Assembly: GCA_965277285.1 (NCBI GenBank)
Contig: OZ255721.1
Span: forward strand, 608,001-672,000
Length of the DNA stretch: 64,000 nucleotides
From: Abditibacteriaceae bacterium
GTDB lineage: Bacteria; Armatimonadota; Abditibacteriia; Abditibacteriales; Abditibacteriaceae
Reading direction: 5' to 3'
This document shows positions 51,823-60,971 of this stretch, one piece after another (position 1 is the stretch's first letter; every line of letters begins with the position of its first letter). The notes under the pieces were generated by a model. It made no database searches. It was not told the DNA's origin and was given only the letters and a program-made list of their open reading frames with translations. The position numbers were made by a program, and so were the translations under genes.

Positions 51823-53019
51823 CTACTTTGCCATCGGCAGCAAGCCTGGCGCATTGGCCGTCGGCGTACGAAACACTTTGTCTTTCAGAGCCAATGTCGA
51901 GATGCGACGCGCCACGCCACCGGCGATTTCACGATACGTATTGGAAACCGGATGGTGCGGATCTGCCGCGAAAATTGGCGTGCCGTTGTCGCCACCGTGC
52001 GTAATTTCGAGTACTCGAGGGACTTGTCCCAATAATGGCGCGTCGAATTCTTTGGCGGCGCGTTCGCCTCCACCGTGACCGAACAATTCGATGCGTTCGC
52101 CGCTTGGCGTCTCGAACCAGCTCATGTTTTCGACGATACCTAAAATCGGCACATTCAAGCCTTGCGACGCCATTTTGGTGAACATATGACCAGCGCGAAT
52201 CACGTCTTCGCCCGCCACGGCTTCAGGCGTTGTCACGATAACGGCGCCCGAAAGCGGCGCGCTTTGAATCAGCGTCAGTTGCGCGTCGCCGGTTCCAGGC
52301 GGCAGGTCGATGACGAGATAATCCAGTTCGCCCCACTGGACGGCGCCCAAAAACTGCTGAATCATTTTGCCGACCATTGGGCCGCGCCACACAATCGGAT
52401 TGCTTTTTTCGGTCAGGAAACCAATTGAAATCAATTTGATGCCGAAGCGTTCAATCGGCACAATGCGCTGCACGCCGGCTTCGTCATGCACGACTTGCGG
52501 CTGCTCGCCTTCGGGAACGCCCAGCATAATCGGAATACTGGGGCCGTAAACATCGGCGTCCATCAGGCCGACTTTGGCGCCGCTTTCGGCCAGTGCCAGC
52601 GCCAGATTGACGGCTGTCGTGCTTTTGCCAACGCCGCCCTTGCCACTGGCTACGGCAATCGCGTTTTGAATGCCAGGTATTAGATTGCGAATTTCGGGCG
52701 GACGCACCGCGCGCGTTTGCGCCGTCATTTCGACGGCCACGTTTTTCACGCCAGGCAGCGCTGATACAATGTCTTCGCACTGCTTCTTCATCTGGTCTTT
52801 AACGGGACAGGCGGGCGTCGTCAATTCGACTTTGAAGGCGACGTGACCATCGCAGGTGCGCACGTTTTGCACGAATCCCAGTTCGACAATGTTGCGCCCC
52901 AAATCGGGATCCATAACGGCTTTGAGGGCTTCCAAAACCGCGTCTTTCATCGTCGGGTCTTCGTTATTTTCAATTCGAGTACTCGAATCTTCGGTGTTTT
53001 CTTTCTTGCGTCCAAACAT
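51823..53019 (-). CDS. mrp: Mrp/ApbC Fe-S carrier ATPase with N-terminal DUF59
   Basis: DPDL..NIV.LG, LTTPACP, SGKGGVGKST, DADVYGPS, DLPPGTGD, ENMS. Confidence 0.93.
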   Translation of the reverse strand: MFGRKKENTEDSSTRIENNEDPTMKDAVLEALKAVMDPDLGRNIVELGFVQNVRTCDGHVAFKVELTTPACPVKDQMKKQCEDIVSALPGVKNVAVEMTAQTRAVRPPEIRNLIPGIQNAIAVASGKGGVGKSTTAVNLALALAESGAKVGLMDADVYGPSIPIMLGVPEGEQPQVVHDEAGVQRIVPIERFGIKLISIGFLTEKSNPIVWRGPMVGKMIQQFLGAVQWGELDYLVIDLPPGTGDAQLTLIQSAPLSGAVIVTTPEAVAGEDVIRAGHMFTKMASQGLNVPILGIVENMSWFETPSGERIELFGHGGGERAAKEFDAPLLGQVPRVLEITHGGDNGTPIFAADPHHPVSNTYREIAGGVARRISTLALKDKVFRTPTANAPGLLPMAK

Positions 53020-53058
53020 AATTTGTCCTCCACTTGTCGCAATTCATCTTAACAAAAG

Positions 53059-53165
53059 AGTTGAACCGCTAAGACGCCAAGAACGCCAAGAGCAGAAGAT
53101 AAGAGAAAAGAATAACAATTTCTTCTCCGTTTATTTATTCTCTTGGCGTTCTTGGCGGTTCAACT
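53059..53165. repeat. 9-bp-unit (CGCCAAGAA) inverted repeat element
   Basis: AGTTGAACCGCTAAGACGCCAAGAACGCCAAGA ... TCTTGGCGTTCTTGGCGGTTCAACT; half copy at ~37761-37789. Confidence 0.78.
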
Positions 53166-53166
53166 T

Positions 53167-53940
53167 CTACGAGATAATTAAACGCAAGGCGGCGAGGACG
53201 GAAAACCACAGCAGCAAGGTCTCGAAGAGTTTTTGCGGGACGCGTTCGAGCAGCCATTTTCCGGCGAATATGCCCAGCGCGACAGCCGGAAAAAGCCATA
53301 AATCCCAGCGCAGCGAATCGAGATTGATTAAACCCATGTGCCAACTGAACGGCACTTTGAACCAGTTCATCAGGAAGAAAAACCAGGCGCCGGTTCCGAC
53401 GAACTCCATTTTCGGCAGGCCGCTGACCAGCAAATATAACGTCGCAATTGGGCCGGAACCGTTGGCCAGCATGGTCGCTACGCCGCAACTTAAACCCATC
53501 GAGTTGCTCCAAAGCGGATTGTGCGGCAAATGCGCGAACCAGCTTTCGCGCTTGCTGCGCAGCCACTGCAAGCCGCTGAGAAGCAGCACAAACCAGCCCA
53601 TGAACGGTTTGTAAGCCGCGTCGCTGACGTGCTGCATGATGAAATATCCCGCCACAATGCCGATCATCGTCGGCGGCACCAGACGGCGAACGTGCGTCCA
53701 ATCGGCGTGGCGGCGAAACATAAAAACTGCGAAGAAGTCGGCGAACAGCAACAAGGGCAAAACGAAACCCGTCGAAGCACGCGCTGGCATCAGCAGCGCC
53801 ATCACCAGAACGTAAGCCGTGGCGACGCCGTTGAAACCCGTTTTGGAAAGCCCCACGCCAAATGCCGCCAATATCGCTAAAATCCACGCAAAAGTCGTCC
53901 AATGTTCGGGTGCAGTTGGCGCCAAATGTAAGAAATTCAT
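53167..53940 (-). CDS. TauE/SafE family sulfite exporter
   Basis: G.SKTGF.G, LPLL...D, TMLAN.SGP, F.GT.AWFF...N..KVPF. Confidence 0.88.
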   Translation of the reverse strand: MNFLHLAPTAPEHWTTFAWILAILAAFGVGLSKTGFNGVATAYVLVMALLMPARASTGFVLPLLLFADFFAVFMFRRHADWTHVRRLVPPTMIGIVAGYFIMQHVSDAAYKPFMGWFVLLLSGLQWLRSKRESWFAHLPHNPLWSNSMGLSCGVATMLANGSGPIATLYLLVSGLPKMEFVGTGAWFFFLMNWFKVPFSWHMGLINLDSLRWDLWLFPAVALGIFAGKWLLERVPQKLFETLLLWFSVLAALRLIIS

Positions 53941-53951
53941 GGAGAAAAGGG

Positions 53952-54077
53952 ACACGGACTACGTTCACGGGTTGAACGGATGAACACGGATTTTATTTCT
54001 ACAATCCGCATCAATCGAGTACTCGACTCTTCTTCCGCTCCGTGTTCATCCGTTCAACCCGTGTATGAAATCCGTGT
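53952..54077. repeat. Inverted repeat element (GAACACGGA units) with the palindrome in its loop
   Basis: 25-bp arms CACGGGTTGAACGGATGAACACGGA / TCCGTGTTCATCCGTTCAACCCGTG; related looser element at ~2120-2213. Confidence 0.8.
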
Positions 54078-54839
54078 TCTCTCAATGGTGGAAGTTGTGG
54101 CAATATCGAGGACGTGAAGAACTTCGTGCAGTGAGGAAAGTTGCGTGACATCGTGTGCGTCGCCGGTTTCGCCAGACGCGATGTCACGCTCGTGGCGCAC
54201 AATCCACAAAGGTTGGAAACCGGCGGCGTGCGCAGGTCGCACGTCTTTTTCCCAATGATCGCCGATGTAAAAGCATTCGCACGGCGCAATCGTCGGATGC
54301 AAAGTGCGAATTTTGTTCAAGCCAAACTCGAAAAAACGCGCGTCCGGCTTTTCATATCCGGCTTGCGCCGATGAAACGATGAATTCAAAGAAATTGTCCA
54401 AACCGAGCGAGCGCAAAACTTGCGGCAACTGATAATCCCAGTTCGACAAAACGCCCATCGGAATGCCGCGCGTTTGCAATTCTTCCAGGACTTCGCGCGT
54501 TTCAGGAAAGGCGCGAAAGACAATCGCATCATCGAGTACTCGATAAGATGTTTGCGGTGAAAAATCCCACTGCAAATTTTCTTCGCGCAAGGCGTCCGCC
54601 AAAATCTGCGCGCATTCGTGGCGCAAGTCTTCCCACGCGCCAAATTGATGAGCGCGCAATGAATGCTTCATGTAATAGCGCATTTCGCGGTGCGCGGCGC
54701 GACGAATCGCGGGCAGGGGAATGGTTTTGCCCTGTTGCGCAAAGCCGCGTTGCAGGCGTCCATAAAAATCGTCGAGTTCGACCAGAGTGCCAAAGGCATC
54801 GAAAAGCAGGAAAGTCACGGCGCTCATTTTAACAATCAT
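54054..54839 (-). CDS. HAD-IA family hydrolase
   Basis: FDAFGTL, SNWD, EKPD, IGD....D. Confidence 0.9.
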   Translation of the reverse strand: MIVKMSAVTFLLFDAFGTLVELDDFYGRLQRGFAQQGKTIPLPAIRRAAHREMRYYMKHSLRAHQFGAWEDLRHECAQILADALREENLQWDFSPQTSYRVLDDAIVFRAFPETREVLEELQTRGIPMGVLSNWDYQLPQVLRSLGLDNFFEFIVSSAQAGYEKPDARFFEFGLNKIRTLHPTIAPCECFYIGDHWEKDVRPAHAAGFQPLWIVRHERDIASGETGDAHDVTQLSSLHEVLHVLDIATTSTIERTRISYTG

Positions 54840-54948
54840 TTAACTTTGTGCAGAACCCAGGTCGCGCGAAACGGGCATTGTCTTTGCTTGAAGCGCGCGC
54901 GTCTCCTCGTAGAACGCGAGAACAATTAGGACATCTGAGGTAAAAACG

Positions 54949-55437
54949 ATGGCTTTGAATTCGTTGCAGGAATTGTTGGTCGAAGAACTGAAAGACACGT
55001 ACGATTCGGAAACGCAGATCGTCAAAGCGTTGCCGAAAATGGCGAAAGCCGCCACATCGCCACAATTGAAAGCGGCCTTCGAGAAACATCTGGCCGAAAC
55101 GCAAAATCAGGTCAAGCGCCTGGAGAAAATCTTCGCGCAACTGGGCGAAAAGCCGACTGGAAACACCTGCGAAGCGACCGAAGGCCTGGTCAAAGAAGCC
55201 GAAGAACTGCTCAGCGAAGGCGCCACGCCCGAAGTTCTGGACGCCGGATTGATCGCCAGCGCGCAGAAAACCGAGCATTACGAAATCGCGTCCTATGGAA
55301 CGCTGCGCACCTGGGCGACCGAACTCGGTCACAACGACATCGCGGCTTTGCTCGAAGAAACGCTGAACGAAGAAAAGCTGACCGACGAGAACCTGACCGC
55401 GCTGGCCGAAAGCCGCATCAACACCAAAGCGGAATAA
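54949..55437 (+). CDS. yciF: Ferritin-like DUF892 (YciE/YciF) protein
   Basis: EL.D.Y..E.Q..KALPKM, H..ET..Q..RLE, AQK.EHYEIASYGTL. Confidence 0.92.
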   Translation: MALNSLQELLVEELKDTYDSETQIVKALPKMAKAATSPQLKAAFEKHLAETQNQVKRLEKIFAQLGEKPTGNTCEATEGLVKEAEELLSEGATPEVLDAGLIASAQKTEHYEIASYGTLRTWATELGHNDIAALLEETLNEEKLTDENLTALAESRINTKAE

Positions 55438-55452
55438 GTCACTCATAGACAT

Positions 55453-55488
55453 AAAGCGCCGCAATCGAGTACTCGATTGCGGCGCTTT
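55453..55488. terminator. 36-bp perfect palindrome centred on TCGAGTACTCGA (bidirectional terminator)
   Basis: AAAGCGCCGCAATCGAGT|ACTCGATTGCGGCGCTTT between convergent yciF and merR genes. Confidence 0.8.
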
Positions 55489-55501
55489 TGTTGTGTCAAC
55501 G

Positions 55502-56227
55502 CTATTTTTGAACGGCGAGCGCGCGCCCGATGTATTCAAACAGGCCTTTCATCTGGCTCATATCCAGCCCGCCGATGACGGGTTCCTCTTCATACATGGT
55601 CGAAAGCGATTGCCAGATTTCGGTGTTGCCGCCGGTGAATTCGTTCACCAGTTCCATCCAGCGGCGCGCTAACAACTGAACCGGTTCGGAGTCAGGCGCG
55701 CTGCCTTTTTCCATTTCGAGGCGAACTTTTTCCATCAATACGGGCCATTCGGCTTCGACTTCGCGCAGGCGGTCGGCGCCCAGAACTTGCGTGCGCGTTT
55801 CCAATTCGCGCACTTGTTGCGGTGTATAATACTTTTCCATACGGCTCATCTCCTCGATGATTTCCAGTAGCTCTTGCAGCGATTCGTTTCCCGCTTCGAT
55901 CCAGAGATGTACGGTCGTTTCCAAGCGCTCGCACAAGCGTTGTTGCGCCGCGATATGTTCTTTTAAGCGGGCGATGTGCAGTTGCATCGTTTGAAGGGAC
56001 GAAAAATTGTCCGCATTCAGGCAAAGGCGGATTTCGCTTAGCGAAAATCCCACATAACGTAGCGATTGAATTTGTCCCAGCCGCGCGATGTCCTGCGGCG
56101 TATAAAGCCGATACCCTTTTTCGCTGCGCTGAGACGGCGAAAGCAAAGCGATCTCATCATAATGACGCAGAGCGCGCACGGATATTCCGGTACGCCGCGC
56201 CAGTTCACCGATCTTCAATGTTTTCAC
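55502..56227 (-). CDS. MerR family regulator with TipAS-like C-terminal domain
   Basis: IGELA...G.SVRALRHYD.I.LL.P, GYRLY; C-terminal W..L.....G..P.S..VQ.LA.RW, FTGG. Confidence 0.9.
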   Translation of the reverse strand: MKTLKIGELARRTGISVRALRHYDEIALLSPSQRSEKGYRLYTPQDIARLGQIQSLRYVGFSLSEIRLCLNADNFSSLQTMQLHIARLKEHIAAQQRLCERLETTVHLWIEAGNESLQELLEIIEEMSRMEKYYTPQQVRELETRTQVLGADRLREVEAEWPVLMEKVRLEMEKGSAPDSEPVQLLARRWMELVNEFTGGNTEIWQSLSTMYEEEPVIGGLDMSQMKGLFEYIGRALAVQK

Positions 56228-56247
56228 GAAAATCCTCCTCGCTATTC

Positions 56248-56279
56248 AGCATAAAACCCTCACGCAGCGTCAAGGTCAA
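56248..56279 (-). promoter_or_regulatory. MerR-type long-spacer promoter with operator dyad
   Basis: TTGACC-20 bp-TATGCT containing the dyad CCTTGACGCTGCGTGAGG. Confidence 0.7.
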
Positions 56280-56362
56280 GGGTCTAAAAAAACTTTGTGG
56301 GCGCGAATGTGGCGCCCGTTGCTTAACATTTTCTGCTTTCAATAACGTTATCCTTTGACATT

Positions 56363-59008
56363 ATGCGAAAACGCAAAATTTCTGCCTCATCCTCCAAAAC
56401 TCTCTCCAAATCTGCGGCGAACAAAGCGCCGAAAATCGTGCGCGATCTGGACAAGCCCGCATTCTTCATCAACCGCGAATTGTCGTGGCTCGAGTTCAAT
56501 CATCGAGTACTCGAAGAAGCGCAAAATCCCGATAATCCGGTTCTGGAACGCTTGAAGTTCCTGACCATTGTGTCGTCCAACCTCGATGAATTTTTCGAGA
56601 TTCGCGTGGCGGGTTTGCAGCAGGCCGCCGAAGCGCAACCCGGCCAATGCGGCCCCGATGGAATGACGCCGGACGAAGTTTTGGGAGCGATCAGCGAGCG
56701 CGTTTGCGACATGGTGAGCGCGCAATACAAATGCTACCGCGAAGAAGTCGCGCCGCTTTTGGCGCAAGCCGGAATCGATTTACATACCGTCGCCGAACTG
56801 GATTCTAAGGGACGCAACTGGGCGAAAAAGTATTTTCAAGACGAAGTTTTTCCGGTTCTGACACCTTTGGCGATTGATCCGGCGCACCCATTTCCCCAAC
56901 TTCTCAACAAGAGTTTGAACCTTGCGGTCGTATTGTCGATTCCCGATACGCCCAATGAAATGGATGGTTTGCGCAACGATGACGAACACGAAGACACGCG
57001 TTTTGGTGTGGTTCAGGTGCCGCGCGTTTTGCCGCGATTGATTGCGCTTCCGCCCGAAGTGTCGCCGTCGGGACGCCGCGTTTATGTGTTTTTGTCGAGT
57101 CTGATTGGCGAGTTCATCGGCGATTTGTTTCCTGGCTTGGAAGTCGACGGTTGCTATGCGTTTCGCGTCACGCGCAATTCGGAATTGTATCTGGACGAAG
57201 ACGAAGCCGACAATTTGCTGGAAGCGATGCGCGAGCAGTTGCAACGCCGTCGCAAAGGCGATGCGGTGCGCCTGGAAGTGCAGCGCGGCTGCGACCCGGC
57301 GGTTGTCGAAATGTTGCTGCATACGTTTGAATTGGAGCCGATGGACTTGTATGAAGTGGATGGGCCGGTCAATTTGCCGCGCCTGATGGCGGTTTATTCC
57401 GGTGAGAAGCGCCCCGATTTAAAAGACGCGACTTTTGTCACCGCCAAGCCGCGTGCCCTGCGCGATGTCGAATCGCCGGACGAGTTTTTCCAGGCGTTGC
57501 GCGAAGACGATATTTTGCTGCATCATCCGTATGACAGTTTCAAAAGCGTCGTCGATTTCGTGCAAATGGCCGCCGAAGACCCGCAGGTTTTAGCGATCAA
57601 GCAAACGTTGTATCGCACCTCGGGCGATTCGCCGATTGTGCGCGCCCTGATGAAAGCGGCGGAAAACGGCAAGCAGGTCACGGCTCTGGTCGAACTCAAA
57701 GCGCGCTTCGATGAGGAAAACAACATTCAGTGGGCGCGCCGCATGGAAGAAGCCGGAGTTCACGTTTTATATGGACTTGTCGGCCTCAAAACGCACTGCA
57801 AAGTCGCGCTCGTGGTGCGCCGCGAAGGTTCGCAAATTCGGCGCTATGTTCATCTGGGAACCGGAAATTACAACCCGACGACGGCCAGACTTTATACCGA
57901 TGTTGGCTTGCTGTCGTCGCGTCCCGAATTGGGCAACGATGCGGCTAAGATTTTTAATTTGCTGACTGGCATGAGCCAGTTTCCCGGATTGGATAAGTTG
58001 CGCATGGCGCCGTTTGGTTTGCACACCGAGTTCGAGCGTTTAATCGACCGCGAAACCGCGCACGCCAAGCGTTTGTCGCGCGCATCGAGTACTCGAAGTG
58101 CGAAAACTCAAAGCTCAAAACTCAAAATCGAGAACTCCGCACCGCCGCGCATCATCGCCAAAATGAACTCGCTGGTCGACCCTGAAATCATCAAAGCGTT
58201 GTATCGCGCCAGTCAAGCGGGCGTGCAAATCGATTTGATTGTGCGCGGCATTTGCTGCTTGCGCCCGGGCGTTTCGGGCGTCAGCGAAAACATTCGCGTG
58301 CATTCGATTGTGGATCGTTTTCTGGAACATTCGCGCGTTTATTTGTTCGCCAACAACGGACAGGAAGAAATTTTGTGCGGCTCGGCGGATTGGATGCCAC
58401 GCAACTTTTTCCGCCGCATCGAAGTTGTTTTTCCCATCGAATCTCCGCAGTTAAAAGAACGTTTGCGCAACGAAGTGTTGGGCATCGCGCTGGCCGATAA
58501 CGTGAAATCGCGCTTGATGCAGCCGGACGGAAGCTACATTTTGCCGCATCGCAAGGCGCATGAGGAAGCGTTGCGTTCGCAAACCTGGCTGCTGGCGAAC
58601 GCGCAACATCCGCATCGCCACGAGGCCCATTTCGCCGAAGGTCAGGCGACGCAAGCGACGAACAATGCGCAGTCGAGTACTCAATCATCGCTGCCGTCCA
58701 TCTTTGCGATGACGCCGCGCCAAGCGCCGCAACCGATTGCGAGTTCGGGCGATGCGCGCTCTGGGACTGAAGACGATCCGGTTTTGCGCGCGCTGGAAAA
58801 CGAACCGACCAACCGCGAAGATGTGCTGGGCGAAGTCGAGCGACACACCACAACTGTGGTCAGCGAAGAAGCCGTCACGATTGAAGAAGCCTTGTTGCGC
58901 GAACGCAAAATCCTCGAAAAAGCGGCGCACGCGCCCGGGGAAGTTGACGCCGCCGAGCCAAAACCCGTAAAATCGCTGCAACACAAAACACGACGGCAGA
59001 AGAAATGA
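56363..59008 (+). CDS. ppk1: Polyphosphate kinase 1
   Basis: NRELSWL.FN.RVLEEA, SNLDEFF.IRVAGL, HHPY.SF, ELKARFDE, KTH.K, GTGNYN, GSADWM.RN. Confidence 0.97.
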   Translation: MRKRKISASSSKTLSKSAANKAPKIVRDLDKPAFFINRELSWLEFNHRVLEEAQNPDNPVLERLKFLTIVSSNLDEFFEIRVAGLQQAAEAQPGQCGPDGMTPDEVLGAISERVCDMVSAQYKCYREEVAPLLAQAGIDLHTVAELDSKGRNWAKKYFQDEVFPVLTPLAIDPAHPFPQLLNKSLNLAVVLSIPDTPNEMDGLRNDDEHEDTRFGVVQVPRVLPRLIALPPEVSPSGRRVYVFLSSLIGEFIGDLFPGLEVDGCYAFRVTRNSELYLDEDEADNLLEAMREQLQRRRKGDAVRLEVQRGCDPAVVEMLLHTFELEPMDLYEVDGPVNLPRLMAVYSGEKRPDLKDATFVTAKPRALRDVESPDEFFQALREDDILLHHPYDSFKSVVDFVQMAAEDPQVLAIKQTLYRTSGDSPIVRALMKAAENGKQVTALVELKARFDEENNIQWARRMEEAGVHVLYGLVGLKTHCKVALVVRREGSQIRRYVHLGTGNYNPTTARLYTDVGLLSSRPELGNDAAKIFNLLTGMSQFPGLDKLRMAPFGLHTEFERLIDRETAHAKRLSRASSTRSAKTQSSKLKIENSAPPRIIAKMNSLVDPEIIKALYRASQAGVQIDLIVRGICCLRPGVSGVSENIRVHSIVDRFLEHSRVYLFANNGQEEILCGSADWMPRNFFRRIEVVFPIESPQLKERLRNEVLGIALADNVKSRLMQPDGSYILPHRKAHEEALRSQTWLLANAQHPHRHEAHFAEGQATQATNNAQSSTQSSLPSIFAMTPRQAPQPIASSGDARSGTEDDPVLRALENEPTNREDVLGEVERHTTTVVSEEAVTIEEALLRERKILEKAAHAPGEVDAAEPKPVKSLQHKTRRQKK

Positions 59009-59010
59009 TG

Positions 59011-59108
59011 AATGATGAATACGGAATGATGAATGCGCTTCAAACGTTGCATCCACGCAATCGAGTACTCGAACCGTCGCTCGGATTCATCATTCCGTAT
59101 TCATCATT
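59011..59108. repeat. Heptamer-based (GAATGAT) inverted repeat with the palindrome in its loop
   Basis: AATGATGAATACGGAATGATGAAT ... ATTCATCATTCCGTATTCATCATT. Confidence 0.8.
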
Positions 59109-59129
59109 TTGAAAAAGGAACTTTTCGAT

Positions 59130-60200
59130 ATGGCAAATCATTATGTGGCGGTGGATGTCGGCGGCACCAAGATTTTGGCGGCGGTGGTTTCCGACAGTGG
59201 AAAAATTGTCGTGCGTCAAAAAGAAAAAACCGACCGTCGCTCGAAAAAGCGCTTGATCGAGCAAGTTCAGGAAACGATTTCGGGCGTCATCAAAACTTCG
59301 GGATTGCAAAAAGAACAGATTTCCGGCCTGGCGATGGGCGTTCCTGGCGTCGTCGAATCGCAAACTGGCCACGTTGTTCTGACGCCGAATGCGCCTTTGA
59401 CCGATACGCCGCTGGGACAAATCATGCGCGATGCGTTTGGCTTTCCGACGCGCATTGGCAACGACGCGAACCTGGGCGTTCTGGGCGAGCAATGGCGCGG
59501 CGCGGGACGGCGCATGAATTCCGCGTTCGGCATTTTCGTTGGAACCGGCATCGGCGGCGGCCTCATTTTAGACGGCAAATTGATCGAAGGTTTTCGCGGT
59601 CTGGCGGGCGAAATCGGACATTTCATGATTCCGCTGGGCGCTGATGAAATCGCCGGAATGTTGACGCGCAAGCACTCGTTTTTGGAAGAATTGTGTTCGC
59701 GCACTGCGATTGAAAACCAGCTACGCCACGCGATTTTGAAGAAAGGCGAAAAATCGGTGTTGACCGACATCATTGATGATCCACAACTGGAGCGCATTCG
59801 TTCGGGCGCCTTGAACACGGCGCTCAAGCGCAAAGACCCTTTGGTGACGGATGTAATGCGCCGCGCCAGTTATTTGTTGGGTTTGGCAACTGCCAGCGTT
59901 TTGCACGTCGTTGACCCCGAAGTGATTATTTTCGGCGGCGGCGTCATCGAAGCGTGCGGCGATTTCATGCTGCCCTTGATTGAAAAAACCGCTATGAAAG
60001 TCGCCATGCCAGGAACCGGTAAAAAACTGCAAATCGTGCGTTCGGCTTTGGGCGACGACGCGATTTTGCTGGGCGGCGTCGCACTTTTGAAGCAAGGCGA
60101 TCCTTCAGTTTTAACGCCCACTTCGCGCCCACATTCGCCCGCTACGCAACGCCCGAAAGCGCAAGTCGATAAGCCGTTGCCAGCCGAAGATGAGGCTTGA
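59130..60200 (+). CDS. ROK family sugar kinase (glucokinase-like)
   Basis: VDVGGTK, GVPG, NDAN, GTGIGGG, GEIGH. Confidence 0.9.
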   Translation: MANHYVAVDVGGTKILAAVVSDSGKIVVRQKEKTDRRSKKRLIEQVQETISGVIKTSGLQKEQISGLAMGVPGVVESQTGHVVLTPNAPLTDTPLGQIMRDAFGFPTRIGNDANLGVLGEQWRGAGRRMNSAFGIFVGTGIGGGLILDGKLIEGFRGLAGEIGHFMIPLGADEIAGMLTRKHSFLEELCSRTAIENQLRHAILKKGEKSVLTDIIDDPQLERIRSGALNTALKRKDPLVTDVMRRASYLLGLATASVLHVVDPEVIIFGGGVIEACGDFMLPLIEKTAMKVAMPGTGKKLQIVRSALGDDAILLGGVALLKQGDPSVLTPTSRPHSPATQRPKAQVDKPLPAEDEA

Positions 60201-60282
60201 TAGCAGGTGGTGCGAGTTGTAGCTGCCCTGCGAGTGAACTCGCGGGCAATGGCAACCCGCACCACTGGTTTGATATCAGGTC

Positions 60283-60345
60283 ACGAACTCAGAGCGTAAG
60301 CGAGTCGAAGTCAGTGAAGACCCGTCGCTTACGCTCTGGGTTCGT
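60283..60345. repeat. Degenerate family A REP
   Basis: ACGAACTCAGAGCGTAAGCGA ... CCCGTCGCTTACGCTCTGGGTTCGT. Confidence 0.75.
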
Positions 60346-60359
60346 TTCGAGTACTCGAT

Positions 60360-60971
60360 TTGAACACACTTCTTCAATACCTTCACGAACACGCGCTGGA
60401 ACTTTTTGGCGTAGCAACTGGCTTGTGGTCGGTGTGGCTGACCGTGCGCGAAAATATTTGGTTGTGGCCGATTGGCATCGTGTCGTGCATCGCTTATGGC
60501 GTGTTGTTTTGGCAAATTAAATTGTACGCTGATATGGGTTTGCAGGTTTTCTTCATCGCCGCCAGCGTTTACGGCTGGTATTGGTGGCTGCATGGCGGAA
60601 GCAATCAAACTGAAGCGCCAATTTCGCGTTTATCGTTGCAAAGTGTCGTTGGCCTGACTTTCATCACCGTTCTGGCAATTGTTATCGTCGGTTATTTTTT
60701 CAAGACTCATACCGATGCGCACTTGCCGTTCTGGGACGCGACGGCCAGCGGCGCCAGCGTCACGGCGCAATTGCTTTTGATGCGCAAAAAGATTGAAAAC
60801 TGGCCGTTGTGGATCGCTATTGACGTGCTTTACGTCGGCATTTACATCTATAAACAGGTTTATCCGACGGCGGCGCTGTATGTCGTCTTCCTGATTTTGG
60901 CCGCGCTGGGCTGGAGTGAATGGAACAAAACGCTGAAAAATCAAACGCTTCAATTGCCAATCACGGTTTAG
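60360..60971 (+). CDS. pnuC: Nicotinamide riboside transporter PnuC
   Basis: E..G...G..SVWL..R.NIW.WP.GI, LY.D..LQ, YGW..W, AQ.L..RK.IENW..WI..D. Confidence 0.92.
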   Translation: MNTLLQYLHEHALELFGVATGLWSVWLTVRENIWLWPIGIVSCIAYGVLFWQIKLYADMGLQVFFIAASVYGWYWWLHGGSNQTEAPISRLSLQSVVGLTFITVLAIVIVGYFFKTHTDAHLPFWDATASGASVTAQLLLMRKKIENWPLWIAIDVLYVGIYIYKQVYPTAALYVVFLILAALGWSEWNKTLKNQTLQLPITV

